Positions 23,251 through 36,500 of a stretch of 64,000 nt of DNA are shown one piece after another. Under the pieces are notes generated by a model. That model worked only from the letters and a program-made list of their open reading frames with translations. It was not told the origin of the DNA and made no database searches. Source of the DNA: Harriotta raleighana (taxonomy: Eukaryota). Numbering within the stretch: position 1 is the stretch's first letter; each line of letters starts with the position of its first letter. A program made the position numbers and the translations under genes. The stretch covers positions 221,440 to 285,439 of the forward strand of contig JBNZDD010013489.1 of NCBI GenBank assembly GCA_050575255.1. The letters are read 5' to 3'.

Positions 23251-26200
23251 ACCTTCGCCTCCCCCCCCCCCCCCCCCCCCAACCACACACCCAATGTGTA
23301 TAATTGATTGATGTTATCTTATACGCACGCTAAAGGGGGAAAAAAAACAATAAATACCGCCATCAAATTCTAGATATTTTTGTAACAAATTTTTATAATC
23401 AAAATTATACTATTTTGCTCCTGGATATTTTCAGTAATTAAAAAGTAATGAACTATTTTCCTTCTCCCTCCCCCCGGTCCTATCTTCCCTACTTTCTCTC
23501 TTGACTGAGAGGCTACACAGCTGATCTGCATCTCACGCTCTCTAAAGGAGGCAGTGAGAGCAATTACTAGTAGAGGCGATTGGCTTGCTTGAGTCGGGCT
23601 GTAGAGAGGGCCCTTGGCCTTCTCTGCGCCTTATGTTTCACCCAAAGGAGATGGTCTTGTGTGTGTGGGGTTTGCAGCATAACAGAAACAGAAGGCATGG
23701 CTTAAATTGGCCAGGCTCGCAGTGAGATAGATAAAGGTGCTTTTGGTTTACTGGAAAGCGTTTGATTCCTGGCAGATGCGCGAGTGCTCCTCCCTACTGT
23801 CTACCTCTGTCCCTGACCCGGGTCCCCAGTCGAGAGGAAACGTAACGCTAACTAACTCATCACTCTTTGGGGAGATTGCTTTCTTCCTCAATTTGGTGCT
23901 AAAACGTTCTCACTCACTGCAGCTATTCCCACCAATAATCATGTTTTTAAACAGTCGAAAGTACAAAACGGGATTCCCAGGGTCAGTTCCACAGTCACCT
24001 CCGTGTTTGGGAAGCATTTGGTTTCCACTGAATAGGTGGGGGGGGGGGGGAGTGAGGAGTAGGCCATTTTGCCCTTCGAGCCTGCTCCACCAATCAATAA
24101 GATCATGGCTTACCCTCTGACCTAACTCTTAATTACCTGCCCTATCCCCATATCCCCCGATCCCTCTATTTTTGTCTGTGTGTAACACAGTCCAAAATAT
24201 CTTCCACTCCCTGCAGCGATGTGAGCATTGTTACGTATATATAAAAACCCTGCTGTGACATTTATTCCCGCAGAAAATAGGGACAGCTTCCATTACTAAA
24301 AACCCGCCAGGCGCTTGAGTATGGCTATGTTTTTTTTTAAAGTTTTAAAAAACGCAAATTGTGTTAAGCCGTGAGTGTAGAAAATCTTAGTGTGTTTAAA
24401 GCAATACAGCAGGGAAAATGACACAGTGGGTGGGGTGGGGGCAACGTAGCAATGATTCTCATCTCTGTGTGTGTATGTGTGTGGGGAGGGGGTCTGGGTG
24501 ACCATATTAGGGAAGGGGTGGGTGCAATCACGGAACAGACAGAAACCACTTTGGCCCTTCTCGGAGGTGGCGACCTTTCCAATCTCCCGTTTCCCATCAT
24601 TGTTGATGTACCATGACATCCCCAGTTCTCTAGGCCTTTCCCCAGCTGACTTGCTTTTTGTAAAGCTGTGTGCCTAGCTACCTCTCTGATCTGAAATATG
24701 TTATATTTCACTTGAAAACAAAACTGTACAGACGCGCCTGCTTGTATTTGTTTTGCTCTTGTACATTAGGCTCATACTCAGATGCAGTTCAAATTAGTGA
24801 TGAGATTTTGTGACAAGTCCATAGTTGCTTTGGTCGAAGACGCAACACACGACCGAATCTTTGCCTAATATAGTTCGATATGTACTGTGAGTCTTTTTAT
24901 ATAATAGATTTTTAAAGAAATTTATGCGTTTAGTTACCCACTTCCAATCATTAAGTGGCAACTGTATTAATGGTCCCATGTTGTTTGGGAGGTCAAGGGA
25001 AAAGGAGGGGAACAGAGCCTTTGGTGGGAACAGTGTGAATGGGAGGACAGGGACGGGGGGATTGGCTGGGTTTGGATGAAATTTTGTTGCCCTTCCCCCC
25101 GCCCCCCAACTTCGGATTGACAATCAATGGGACAACAAAAATTTCCACAGGCCATTCCTGCGGCAGTTTGTTCACTAAAAGCTCTGGGGGAATCTTCACA
25201 CCAAGGGTTCAGTGCTTCACATTGTGGGGTTTGTTTTTAGAAAAGGGGATTTGGACGTGGGAAGGACACATGACCATGTGCCTTTTTAAGACCTGACCTG
25301 GGCAGGTGGAGTGTGGCTGCAGTGCGAGAGTCAGGAGGGGAGTTGGCCATATAGACGTCACACGTGTGTCTGCCAATTGGCGTGAGACTTCAGGCGGCGG
25401 GAAACCATTCAAGCCGATGCGTGTGTAAGTTGTGAAGGCAGCTTCCTGCATGTCAAAATGGTGGCACTGTGTTGGCCTGTGGGTGGGACGGCTCCCGAGT
25501 GGTTTGCTCATCCTGCAAAGCTAAGGGGTTGCTCTGGAGTTTGAACAATTCGGGTGGGGGTGGGTGGGGGGGGTGGAATAAGGCAAAAAAAAAAAACCTT
25601 TTACTTGACCTCGAAAGCGGATATTTCTCTTTATCACCTATTTTTTTTCTCCCCTTCGGAAGGATAAACGAAACATTAGTCAATATGAAAGTTTCTGTGT
25701 GAAACTTATTTCAGGAGTGGGGGGGAACTCTGACTATAAAGACTTTTGTTTTTAACTCGATGGCCTTCTGAATTTCTAATCTATCTAATCTATCTACTCC
25801 CATGTTATGTTTGCTTGTTATGTTTCAAGTGCCTGTTGAGCTGAATGGGCGATTTAGGCTTCCATAAAGGCTTTGATGCATTAGAGGAATAATAATCGAA
25901 TCTTTCTTTCTGTTTAGTCGCTTGGTTCCCGCACTCACTTTTCAGCTTGATGTAAGAGATGCTGTGATGACATGACTATCTCTAGTTTTTAACTGTTCAT
26001 AGTGTGGTGACGTAAGTGTAATATAATACAAAGCATGAGCTAAGACCCTCATGTGGAGGAGGGAGGGAGGGTGGGTGAGCGTGAAATATTCAGGATTTTC
26101 CATCTTCCACCATTTGAAAGTACTCAGCACAAGACAGCTGTCAAATTGCCCCACTAATTTACTTACACACTTGGTATATTTCACCGGCAAGGGCTAGTGT

Positions 26201-27995
26201 ACTCAATGGTGAGGTTAAATTATTAATTTTTTTTATTATTAAAAAGGGCCCAATTAGAAACAGAAATATAGGAATAGGAGGAGGCCAGTCAAGCCCCTCA
26301 AGCCTGTTCCCGCCATTTTATAAGAACCCATGGCTGATCTGTACCTCAAGGATAATTTCTTTGTTAACATCCAGGGTCACGTTTGACTGGCAACCGTTTT
26401 AAGATCAATTGGGGGAAAAGTTCCAATTCTATTGGCAGAAAGGTTGCTAAAATTTGCAGAACTTTTTTTTTCTCTCTCTCACTCTCTCTCTTAAGCAGGT
26501 TTTAATCTTCCCGTTCCCCTCTCCATCCCACTCCATTCACACTCACACTCCCACTCCCATCAGCCCGCCATTGGTTTTGGCAGGAATCAGTGACTAATTG
26601 GCTCCTTAGCCTAGGAATTTCTCAACACTATAAAACATGGCCAGTAATCGGACACTCACACACACACAAGTGGGAAGCAGCTATTCTCTGGATTGCATTG
26701 AGCGTCTTTGCACTTTAGTGTCACGTCACCTCCCCCGTGGCGCCCCTCACTCCCCCTGATCGGTCCTGTCCTCACCTTGTCCTGCCTTCACCGTACAGGT
26801 TAGTGGCCGGGATCTGCCCATCTGAACAGCTGAACAATAAAGAGCACAAGGAAAGGCAGTGGACAATAGAATATGTCTTACCAAACGGCAGGGTTGCGAG
26901 TCAGTGAGTGAGTGAGTTCAGTTGAGTCGCAAAAGGGAGGCGACATATTTAAAGGCACAAGCCGGGGAGAAATGTTTATTTTTTTATACATAGAAGCGCT
27001 CGAAATTGGTGCGCAAAATATTGTATTCCACTTGAGATATTTTAAAGGAGAGGGAGAAGGGTGGGGGGGAAAGAAACATTTTACTGCATTTGTGTGGGGT
27101 GGTGGGAGGGGTTTGGGAATTGGAGGCAGTTTTACCGTATAAATCGTGGCCCATACTTAATCTGCCCTCGGAAGTGTAGTGACTGTTGTATGGGGAACAG
27201 TAGGTAGGTCAGAGCAACCATCTCCACTGAGACTGAAGTATGGGGGCAATAATAGAAAGGTGGCAATGGGTTTACCTCCATTGCTGTGTAAAGATGCCTT
27301 TGTTCAAAACTGACACTAAGATTGAAAAAAAAACCAACACGGGTTTAAGAGTCTGATTTTATTCCTTTCTTCCATTGGGAGGGGATGGGCAGGTTTAACA
27401 GACATGAATCTCATCCTTGTCAGACAAACATACACACTTGACTGACTGACTGACTGAACTGACTTGATTTGACTTGACTGAACGACTGACTGACGTAATC
27501 AAATCTTCACTGTATGTTTCTTTCGGCTACAGTGTCATTGAGGATTCTAACGTGAGGGGGGGCGTTTGAGACCAAAGGGATTAAATATTGGTAGGTGGTG
27601 GGAGAGGGAGGTAGGTGGGAGGGGGGGAATCCTTATGACTTCCACCGGTTGCATCTGTTTCCTGGTTGATGTGGTTTATTAATGTGTTGCCTCCACACAA
27701 AAAAGGTCTTAACTGGAGCAGTGACTTACTTGCTGTTTGTAAAAGTATACCTGAAGTGTTTGTGCATGATGTTGCATGTGAGTGAGCAGATAATTTTGGG
27801 CTTGAGCCACCAGTCGGTGTATATGAGTGCTGCTGCCTGTCGAAACAGTTTGCAGTATTTATTCCAACTCCATTTTTTTTGTTAACAATGAAACCCAACC
27901 TTATTTGTTACTAATAAAAAAAAGCGGCATTACAAAGATGTTTCATTTCAAACCCGTGTCGTAATGGAAAGCCATTTTCNGGGGGGGGGGGGGGG

Positions 27996-28070
<75 letters not shown>

Positions 28071-29242
28071 TTGTAGAGGTGAGAGTGTGTGTCCATTGAT
28101 CAATCCTACCACAGCCCCCTCCTCCCTCACCCACTCCTTTCTCTTTCTCCCCCACGCACATCGCAAGCTCTGAATTCACCACTTGCTTTACAGTTCAGAG
28201 CAAAGAGCTATATAGAGATGACAACACAAGGGAACACACTTGTCCTGTTGGAACCTAGACTGGTGCTAACTCACTCACCTGTTAACTACTCTCAGCTGTT
28301 CGCTATTAAACTTTTATATGACATTTTTAAAATCCTCGCATTTGATTGTATAGAGCCTTACCACATCTTTGAGATATCTCAAAGAAAGTGCAGTAACTAT
28401 ATTTTATGGGCGAAACACAGCAGCCAATTGCGTGTACACAGCAGTGTCCCACAATCAATCGTGGATTGAGTTTTAAAATTATATAATTTTTTCAAGGGAT
28501 TATTACCCTCGGTAAAGTGATTCCATTATTTAAGTAACAACCATGATCCTACTTCTAGGTAAACAAAGTTTGTGTGGAGTAAGGAAACTTGCCTAAGGTT
28601 TCAGCCTGTTCTGCCCTGCCTGAGATTCGATCCTAGGTCCTCTAGCTTGCAAGGCATGTGCACTAATCAGAACTCCTGTGTGTGTTTGTGTATAATATAT
28701 ATATATACATATATATGTATATATATATATATATAAGTGTGTATGTGTGTACACCACATGCTTGCTCTGTCTACAGTGCAAGGCTGTTAAAAACGTGAAA
28801 CGTTGAATGGAAAATATATACCAAAAAAAGCCATACGTCAAAAACAGCCGTTAAAAGAGAAGGAACAGCTGAGTGCAGCCTGTGTGAAAATATCAGTGGA
28901 CCTGTCCCAAACTCAAGTAACAGTCTTAAAAAGCTGTGAATGCATTCCTTACTGACTGCATTCCCTTCCTACGGCTTAAACACATCAAAACTCCACACAT
29001 TTTTTCAGAGTGCGAAACACACACTAATCCGCTGATTGTATTATTTTTTAACTAAATGATAAAGTCTGGAAGTGAGCAACTTAAAAAGAGAAGTGGAAAA
29101 AGAAGTATAAAGCAACATCACAAAGCTCTTTCCATATACAGTAAAAGTTGCCATAATTCTGAACTATATAAATCGTTCAGATCACAAATCTGACCCAATT
29201 CAAGAGTTCATTTTCTTTTGATGGTTTGACATAAGTGCGTAT

Positions 29243-29275
<33 letters not shown>

Positions 29276-31117
29276 TTGTCAATCATATTAAATGTATGGT
29301 CCCAACTGTTATGACTTATAACTGCTCGGCATTCTGTTCGTAGGCCAAAAATCCCCCCACAAGGTCACCATACTGGGTATGACCTTCTCTCCTGTCAGAG
29401 CCAAAACGTTTGTCTGGTGAGAAATCTGTTCAGGATAGGAGCAGATGAATTCCCCCCGCCACCCCCACCCACCCACCCATGTTTTAAGCAACAACAGTCC
29501 TTTGCATTGCACGAAAAACACCTTAACACGTCTTCCAAGACTAAAGATGAGATTTTCCTGAGTTGGTCCCCCCTACACATGGGAATCACGCGGGTGGATT
29601 GTTGGAATGGAATGCAATCCTCTCCCTAGCTGGAGGGATGGTTCCTGCTTACCTAAATCCAGAGAGTTTTAGGCGCAGGTTGGCAAGGAGTCAAGGCTTG
29701 GTGGAGAGCCCAGAGTGTTTGTTGAGGGTGAGAGCGCATGTATAGATAATCTGCTAACCTGGAAACGCTGATATAGCACTAATCCTCCCTGTAATCTGCA
29801 CACCATGCCGTCTCTCAATTGTGTGTCAATCAATGATCTCTCCAGCTGCCTGGAATAGTATATTTCCCTCTCCTCCACACCCCCCCCCCACACCCCCACA
29901 CCTCCAAACACATCTTATCCTCAACGCTAGCACATTCTACTCACTGGCAGGAGATTTAAGTGAATGTAGCTCTCGGGGCACATTTTCTCCTGTGAGCAGT
30001 GATTAGAAAGAGAGGGGAGTTGGTGCAGAGGATGGACTTATTAAGACTCTGGATGTAAACCAAATTCTCTTCTTCCCACCCCCCCTACCCCCCACCCCCT
30101 TCCTCCCGCTCATCCAACCTTCACTCACACAAACATTCGCACAGTGATTGCTTTCCCATACCGACTGTTGTGTTAACTCTGCGTGTGCATGCGAACACTT
30201 GTTAAAGTTAATTTGTTAAACACTAACTCAGCCATTCGGGAGAGGCAGCAAAGTGAAGCTGCGGCTTTCTATATTTAGCTCTGTTGCTATGGCAGGAATC
30301 TGCCTCCAGCAGTCTCTCTCTCTATGTCTTTAAACTAGAGTTCCAATGGGTTAGCCCCCCCCCCCCTTTTCGCATCAACCCAGATTTCTGGGGTAAAATG
30401 CTGTATCGTGTGCAGGAGCAAAGCCGGACAACAGAATACATCATTTTTTCTAACAAAAAAATCAACTTTGTAAAAGTGGATAAAAATGGGGGCACTATTC
30501 GATCTCTGCGACATGTCAGCTGCAATTGAATGAATGAATGAATGAAGGGAGGGAGGGAGATTTATTGAACTATAAAATCACAGGGAGCTTTGTTTCTTTT
30601 CCACCTACAAAACACATAATCGATTCACTTCGGGGGCTGATTTGAGACGTCTCGACGACATGATAAGATGCTGTATCAAATACAAGGATTATTATTAGTA
30701 TTATTGTACAGTCAATCCATTTTACAGTATACTGTATAATAATAATATTCCTTGCATTGCACTCTATTGAATGAAGGGCTTTGCGACTACTCAGAAGACA
30801 TGATAAAACAATATCACATCGCAAAGATTATTAGTATATTTCTTTAGGCAATAGATGTACAAAATTAAAAATTAATCGGATCTAATTCCCTCAACCCAAG
30901 GCTGTGCGCAATTGGCTGCTACATTTCATCCACATTATTTCCAGTCAATTCACTTTACAGGGTACAGTATTCTGTGAAGCTCTTTGAGACGTCTAGATAG
31001 AAGACGCGATAAGAAGCTGAATCAGATGAAAGGATTGAGCACACACACACACAGCCACACACACAGTGTGTCTTCAAGCCTATTGAGGGAGTTTGGTGTG
31101 CAGTGAGGCTGGCGCTG

Positions 31118-31241
31118 CTGCAGGTGGCGCTGTGGGCTGCTGTAACACAGCAAGAGAGTCTATCTCCCACAATGCCCTCGGGCGAGGAGTCACGTGCACA
31201 CCGTTGCTCGCCGCTGATTGGCTCTGGAGCTGCTTCCCGCC
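31118..31241. promoter_or_regulatory. Orphan CpG-containing promoter/insulator-like element
   Basis: CTCF-like CTGCAGGTGGCGC 31118-31130, ZNF143/Staf-like TCCCACAATGC 31165-31175, GTCACGTG 31189-31196, ATTGG 31217-31221, E2F-like TTCCCGCC 31234-31241. Confidence 0.5.
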
Positions 31242-31265
31242 TTTTTGCTGTCTTTCGCCTCGTGC

Positions 31266-31590
31266 AGGGAGAGAGTGATAGAGAGATAGTGAGAGAGAGG
31301 GGGAAGGAGGGGGAGAGTGATAGAGAGATAGTGAGAGAGAGGGGGAAGGAGGGGGAGAGTGATAGAGAGATAGTGAGAGAGAGGGGGAAGGAGGGGGAGA
31401 GTGATAGAGAGATAGTGAGAGAGAGGGGGAAGGAGGGAGAGAGTGATAGAGAGATAGTGAGAGAGGGGGAAAGGAGGGAGAGAGTGATCGTGAGAGAGGG
31501 AAAGGAGGGAGAGATAAGAATGCTAGTGAGAGAGGTAAAGGAGGGAAAGATGTGAGAAAGGAAGGAGAAAGAGAAAGAGATAAAGAAAGG
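31266..31590 (+). repeat. Purine-rich 42-bp minisatellite (GAGAGTGATAGAGAGATAGTGAGAGAGAGGGGGAAGGAGGGG)n
   Basis: About 4.5 near-perfect units starting at 31271, 31313, 31355, 31397 and 31439, then degenerate GA-rich sequence. Confidence 0.92.
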
Positions 31591-33546
31591 CGATAAGACA
31601 GGACGGCGTCTCCGACACATCCCCCCCATCCCCTCCCAGCGCCAAAGGCAGTCGGGGGGAGCCTTACCCTCAGAACCAAGGCTAATGGCCTCGTCACTGC
31701 ACCCACCTACACCTGTTGGGACCAAGCATTGGACGGAGAGGATGCGGTTCGCTCAGCAACTGTACGTACGCATGATTATTATTATCATATGAAGTAAAAC
31801 TCAATGCACAAAGTGGGGTGGGGGCGGTTGTCGTGACTAAGGTACAGTATATATTATAAGGTTTGGGTTTGCTATGAAACGCCAAGTCCTATGAATATAA
31901 TTTTTTTCTTTGACTACAAGTTCAATTATCTTAATGGTGACAGAAGAATTCAGTGCTGGAGAGCATCGGATTATCAGAGGGGACATTGGATGGAGACATT
32001 AAATCAAGATTCCACAATCTTTTCCAGCTGCCTTCATTTCCCCCTGACCGACCCCCCTCAATATTCTCGGGAGTGCCTCCCTTGGAATCGTTTTGAAATT
32101 CCACCAGCGATCTGTGAGATCACATACACATGACCCTGATCCACCAGATTAAACTTAAATTGTACCACAGCCAATTTCTACTAAAGTGGCTGAGCAGAAA
32201 TGGAAGAATTCTCTGGTTTATTATCTTAGGCTTTTACACATCTGTTACAGATAAATATCTCATTTCAAAATATCTCATTTGCGATCACCCACATCACAAG
32301 AATCAAAATCCCCACATTCGTTATAGCGCCTTATCGCGTCTTCGAGACGTCCCTCAAAGCGCTTCACGGAGTATACGGTGAAGTGTAGTGAAGGTGTGAT
32401 AAAAGACTTGAAAAACAGCACAGAAAATTGTTAACTCCCCGACAGTGATGTATGGTTACGTACATATTTTTTGCATTAACAGTGGCAAAATCTAAAAGCC
32501 ATTATCGGCACTTTAATAACTCATTTGTGACATGAAAATCAATACACATTGAGAACATTCCATTGCTGTGAACTAATAAAAGAGAGTTGCCATTAAGCCT
32601 TTATTCAATGTTTAAAATACAATCCAAAGCTCTGAAAAATAAACGGGTCTTGTGCCAAATTTTTTCTTCTCAGTTAAATATTCAGTAACTTGTCAGACGT
32701 GGTGGCACTTTCTACAAATGAAATAAACTTTGTTGGATGTTGAGTGAGAGGTTGAGCCTTCAGCCTCTCTGCCCCCATCCTCTGGAACTCCCATTTTACA
32801 GTACCTTTGCCTCGCCCACTCCCTTGCCTCCTTCAAGACANACCCCCCCCCCCCCCCCCCACTCTTTGACCATGCCTTCGGTCACCCTCCTACCCGTCCC
32901 TGCCTTCCACCACGCCTGATCCTAAACCCCAGGCTTAGGTTCAAATCCCGGATTGTCCAGCAGCTTGGGACATCCTCCCGATGTGTAAGGCGCCGTGTAA
33001 TTGTAATTTGTTGTTTGTTGGTTCCAGTTGGGATTGTAGCTAAAGTCATGTGAGATGAGTGAGACTGGCAAGAATTGCCAATACACCATCCTTGTTAAAG
33101 TCACACATCTGCAAGGTTGTCTCAGCATTGTATTATGAAAATGGTCCATTGGTAAGGCAAAAGGATTTAAGGTGGAACTATCCCTCCTCTTCGACTTCTT
33201 TCTTTTTAGTTTGTGAAATGGCTCTGCAGGCGATATCGATTCCGCTTTCAGGAATGTCAAGAGGTTTATCATATAATTCCCCAAATCTACTTTCCATTGG
33301 AAAAATATCTCCTAGTCTATTAGAACAGTCCTTAGCGAGTCAGACTGTGCTGAAAGAGCTTTGAGATAACAGAGGTACTCTACATTGCTTCAACGGACTA
33401 GACTTTTTTTTAGAAAAAAGTTCTTTGATAATTTCCACACTCTTAATCCTCTGGATTCTCACTGTATACAAAATTGTGCGTCTGACGATCGTTTTTGTTT
33501 TTAATCAGGTTCTTGACCAGGGCTCTCCTGTTCAGTGTAGGATAAA

Positions 33547-36500
33547 CTAAATAACATTCTCAAAGAGTTGCATTGATTTCATAATGTTTTCATCCTGTAA
33601 CAGATAGAGAGACAGAAAGAATGAGTGATTAGAAATGATAATCCTGGCTTGGCACCCAGCAGAATTTGAGGGAGGTAGAGGGGAAATGACCAAAGTACAA
33701 TAAAAATAATATAATAATCCTCGCATTAAAATTCCTTATCAAGTCATTGAAACATCTCAAAGTGCTTCACAGATATACTGTACAGTGAATTGCGTATTTT
33801 GTGGGTGAAATGCAGCAGCCAATTGTGCACAGCACAGCACTGTCCCACAAACACTCGTTGAATAAGTGACCAATCCATTTTTGGGGGTGGGCCTTGAGAT
33901 GGACCTTGAAAGAGATGATGGAGGGAGTGAGCAACACACAGGCTGAAAGTCAGACCAAAGTGGGGCTGTTAGGGCGGAGGACATGAAGCAGGCTCGTGCG
34001 TTTGAGGATGAGGCAGAGTTTAGATATAGATTCTGAGCAGCTCCTACCTTTTGGCATGTCTCCAGGAACTCATCAATGGTCACCACTCCATCTTGATTCC
34101 TGTCCATTTTCTGTGGGATGAAAATATCGGTTAAGTTTTCAGCACGGGCTGCAAGTACCGAGCAGTAAAGAGGATTCAAGCATTGCACTACCTGGAAGAA
34201 CTTTTCCACGTGTTCAATCGGATCATCTTCGTGCACAATGGGTTTTGTGTATCTACCCATCATATCATAGATAGATTTAATGATAGCCAACATTTCCTGC
34301 AAGCAGAACAAGACATCCATCTGCAACAACTTGCATTTATATAGCAAATAATAATAAATCTTTGCATTTGAGGTAGCGTTTTTCATATCTTCTAGATGTC
34401 TCAAAATGCTTCGCAGAACATACTGCAAAAGTGAATTGACGTATATATGTGGGTGAAACATGGCAGCCAATTGCGCACAGCAGTGTCCCACAAACAGTAG
34501 TGGATTGACCAACTCATTATATTTTTTTCCCGGGGGATTTTTATTATGCGTGTGGAGTAAGGAAAGTTTTGCCCTGTCGTGAATTGAACCCAGGTCTCCT
34601 GCTTGCAAGGCGAGTGTTCTAACCACCGAGCTACAGGACTCCACTTTTGTGTTAACGGTATTTTTTTCAAAGACTGAAAAGTATTCTTGAGAATTAGGGA
34701 TTTTACAATGGTTTGAATACTGACTGTACCTCCTTTGTGATGTAACCATCACTGTTGATATCATACAGGTTGAAGGCCCAGTTAAGCTTTTCATTTACAG
34801 TTCCACGTAGTAACAAAGACAGCCCGATGACAAAATCCTGCGGCAGACACAGATTTCTATCAGTTGTTTACATTAAAAGATTGAGATAATAATAATCATC
34901 CTTGTATTTAATAGAATGCCTTAACGTGCAGTCGAAAATTACTGTAAAGTTTAGTGACTGTGTATCATGTGGGTGAAACGTGACAGCCGATTGCACATAG
35001 TGGCATCCCACAAACAGCCATGGATTAAGAGTTGGAGAGTTAGTTCTACAATTCACACTTTGATCTATCGTTTCCACTTGTCTCTCACCTCAAACCGGAT
35101 TGCTCCTCTTTTGTCTGCATCAAATGCATTAAACAGGAAATGTGCATAAGTGGTAGCATCTAAACAAGAGAGCAAAGTGTTTGTTTATAACAGAAGGAAA
35201 TGTACAATAGAAATGCATATAAGGCGGAAGAAACAGACTTCATAACCAGCTGAAGAACGCTGTACCTATGTACTGTGTAAATAGGTATGGTCTTTAGATT
35301 ACCTATTTTAATATTCTCTTACCTCCTTGGGGAAAGAATTGTGAATAAATGGCTTTAAATGTTTCTTCATCCACCATTCCACTAGGGCACTCCTATAAAA
35401 ACAGATATATTTTGTCATGCGCTGTAAATCAGCCAATCATTAAATTAAAATCATGAAAAAAAATCACTACATTGATTTGAGGATCTGGTTAAAGTACAAG
35501 GGTGTGTGGAAGCTACAAACAGATCCTTTTAAATTAACAGCAACAACAAAATTATATTTATAGAGCGTCTTTCATGTCGGAAGGGCTCCAAATTTAAAAT
35601 GTTCAAACTTAAGGGGAGTTTTGATCGAACTATCCTTTGGTGGGTGGGTCGGTAGGACACAGGTTTAAGATAATTAGCAAAAAATTCAGAGGGGAGACCA
35701 GACCAGGAGCTTACAATAACTTACAATAAAGAAACTATTCAATCAAGACAATTTATTTCAAAAGGTTTTAGCTGCTGCCGATATAGGCTCTGGAATCAGC
35801 CACTTACATTAAGTGCTGATTAACAGTCTTCTCCACAGTATAATAAATACCAACATTAGTTGCAGGAAGATTGAGTTACTTGCGTACATTTTTGAAGCCC
35901 CTGTAAAGTGACTGAAGTTCTTTCTTGGTAAATTTGGTCTGTGCTTGTAGCTCCTCAAGCCCTTCTGGCTGGTGTCTCACAGTTGATAGCTCCAGATCAA
36001 TTTCACTGTTGTCTGTGAATGGAAGAACTATAACACTTAACACTGCATACTGTCTTATTGAACCAGACCACCATAAGACCACCCACAAATTTCATTGAGT
36101 AAGCTCAGTGCAGTGATTTTGTGTCAAAGTACTTTATCCAACTTGAAAGATTTTCCAATAACAATAATAAACCTTGCATTGGATATAGTGCTATATCACA
36201 TCCATAAAGTGCTTTACAGAATATATTGTAAAGTTGACTTGAGTTTTTTTGGAGAGAAATTCAGTAGCCAATTGCGCAAAGTCGTGCCCGACAAACAGTC
36301 ATGGATTGAGTGACCGAACAAAAAGGTATATATTTTTTGGAGGAATTATTACTCCCTGAAATCAATTGGCCAATCAATTTACAACCGGGTTCCTACTTAT
36401 TCAATTTCACATAGTATCTTAACACGTCTTCAAAACATCCCAGTGTTTCACAGAATATACTGTAAAGTGAATTGACTCTATAACCTCTTACTTGAGGATG

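Larger units (their letters stand above)
17583..26250 (+). other. Probable very long PURB 3' UTR
   Basis: No coding exons are recognisable. The start is A/T-rich, repeats are sparse (one SINE at about 21995-22170), and there is AATAAA at about 23348 and ATTAAA at about 26238. Mammalian PURB has a multi-kb 3' UTR. The end point is an inference. Confidence 0.45.

Noticed and set aside
27980-28069. About 90-nt poly-G run and the poly-Pro/poly-Gly ORFs it produces
   Set aside because: Adjacent to an N; its length is probably a sequencing or gap-fill artefact.
29560-29625. TTGGTCCCC and TGGAATG resembling miR-133 and miR-1/206 seeds
   Set aside because: Matches cover only the seeds and no pre-miRNA hairpin is evident.
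33757-34794. 345-aa ORF containing EF-hand pieces
   Set aside because: Chance read-through of KCNIP3 exons, introns and a SINE; the true structure is spliced.
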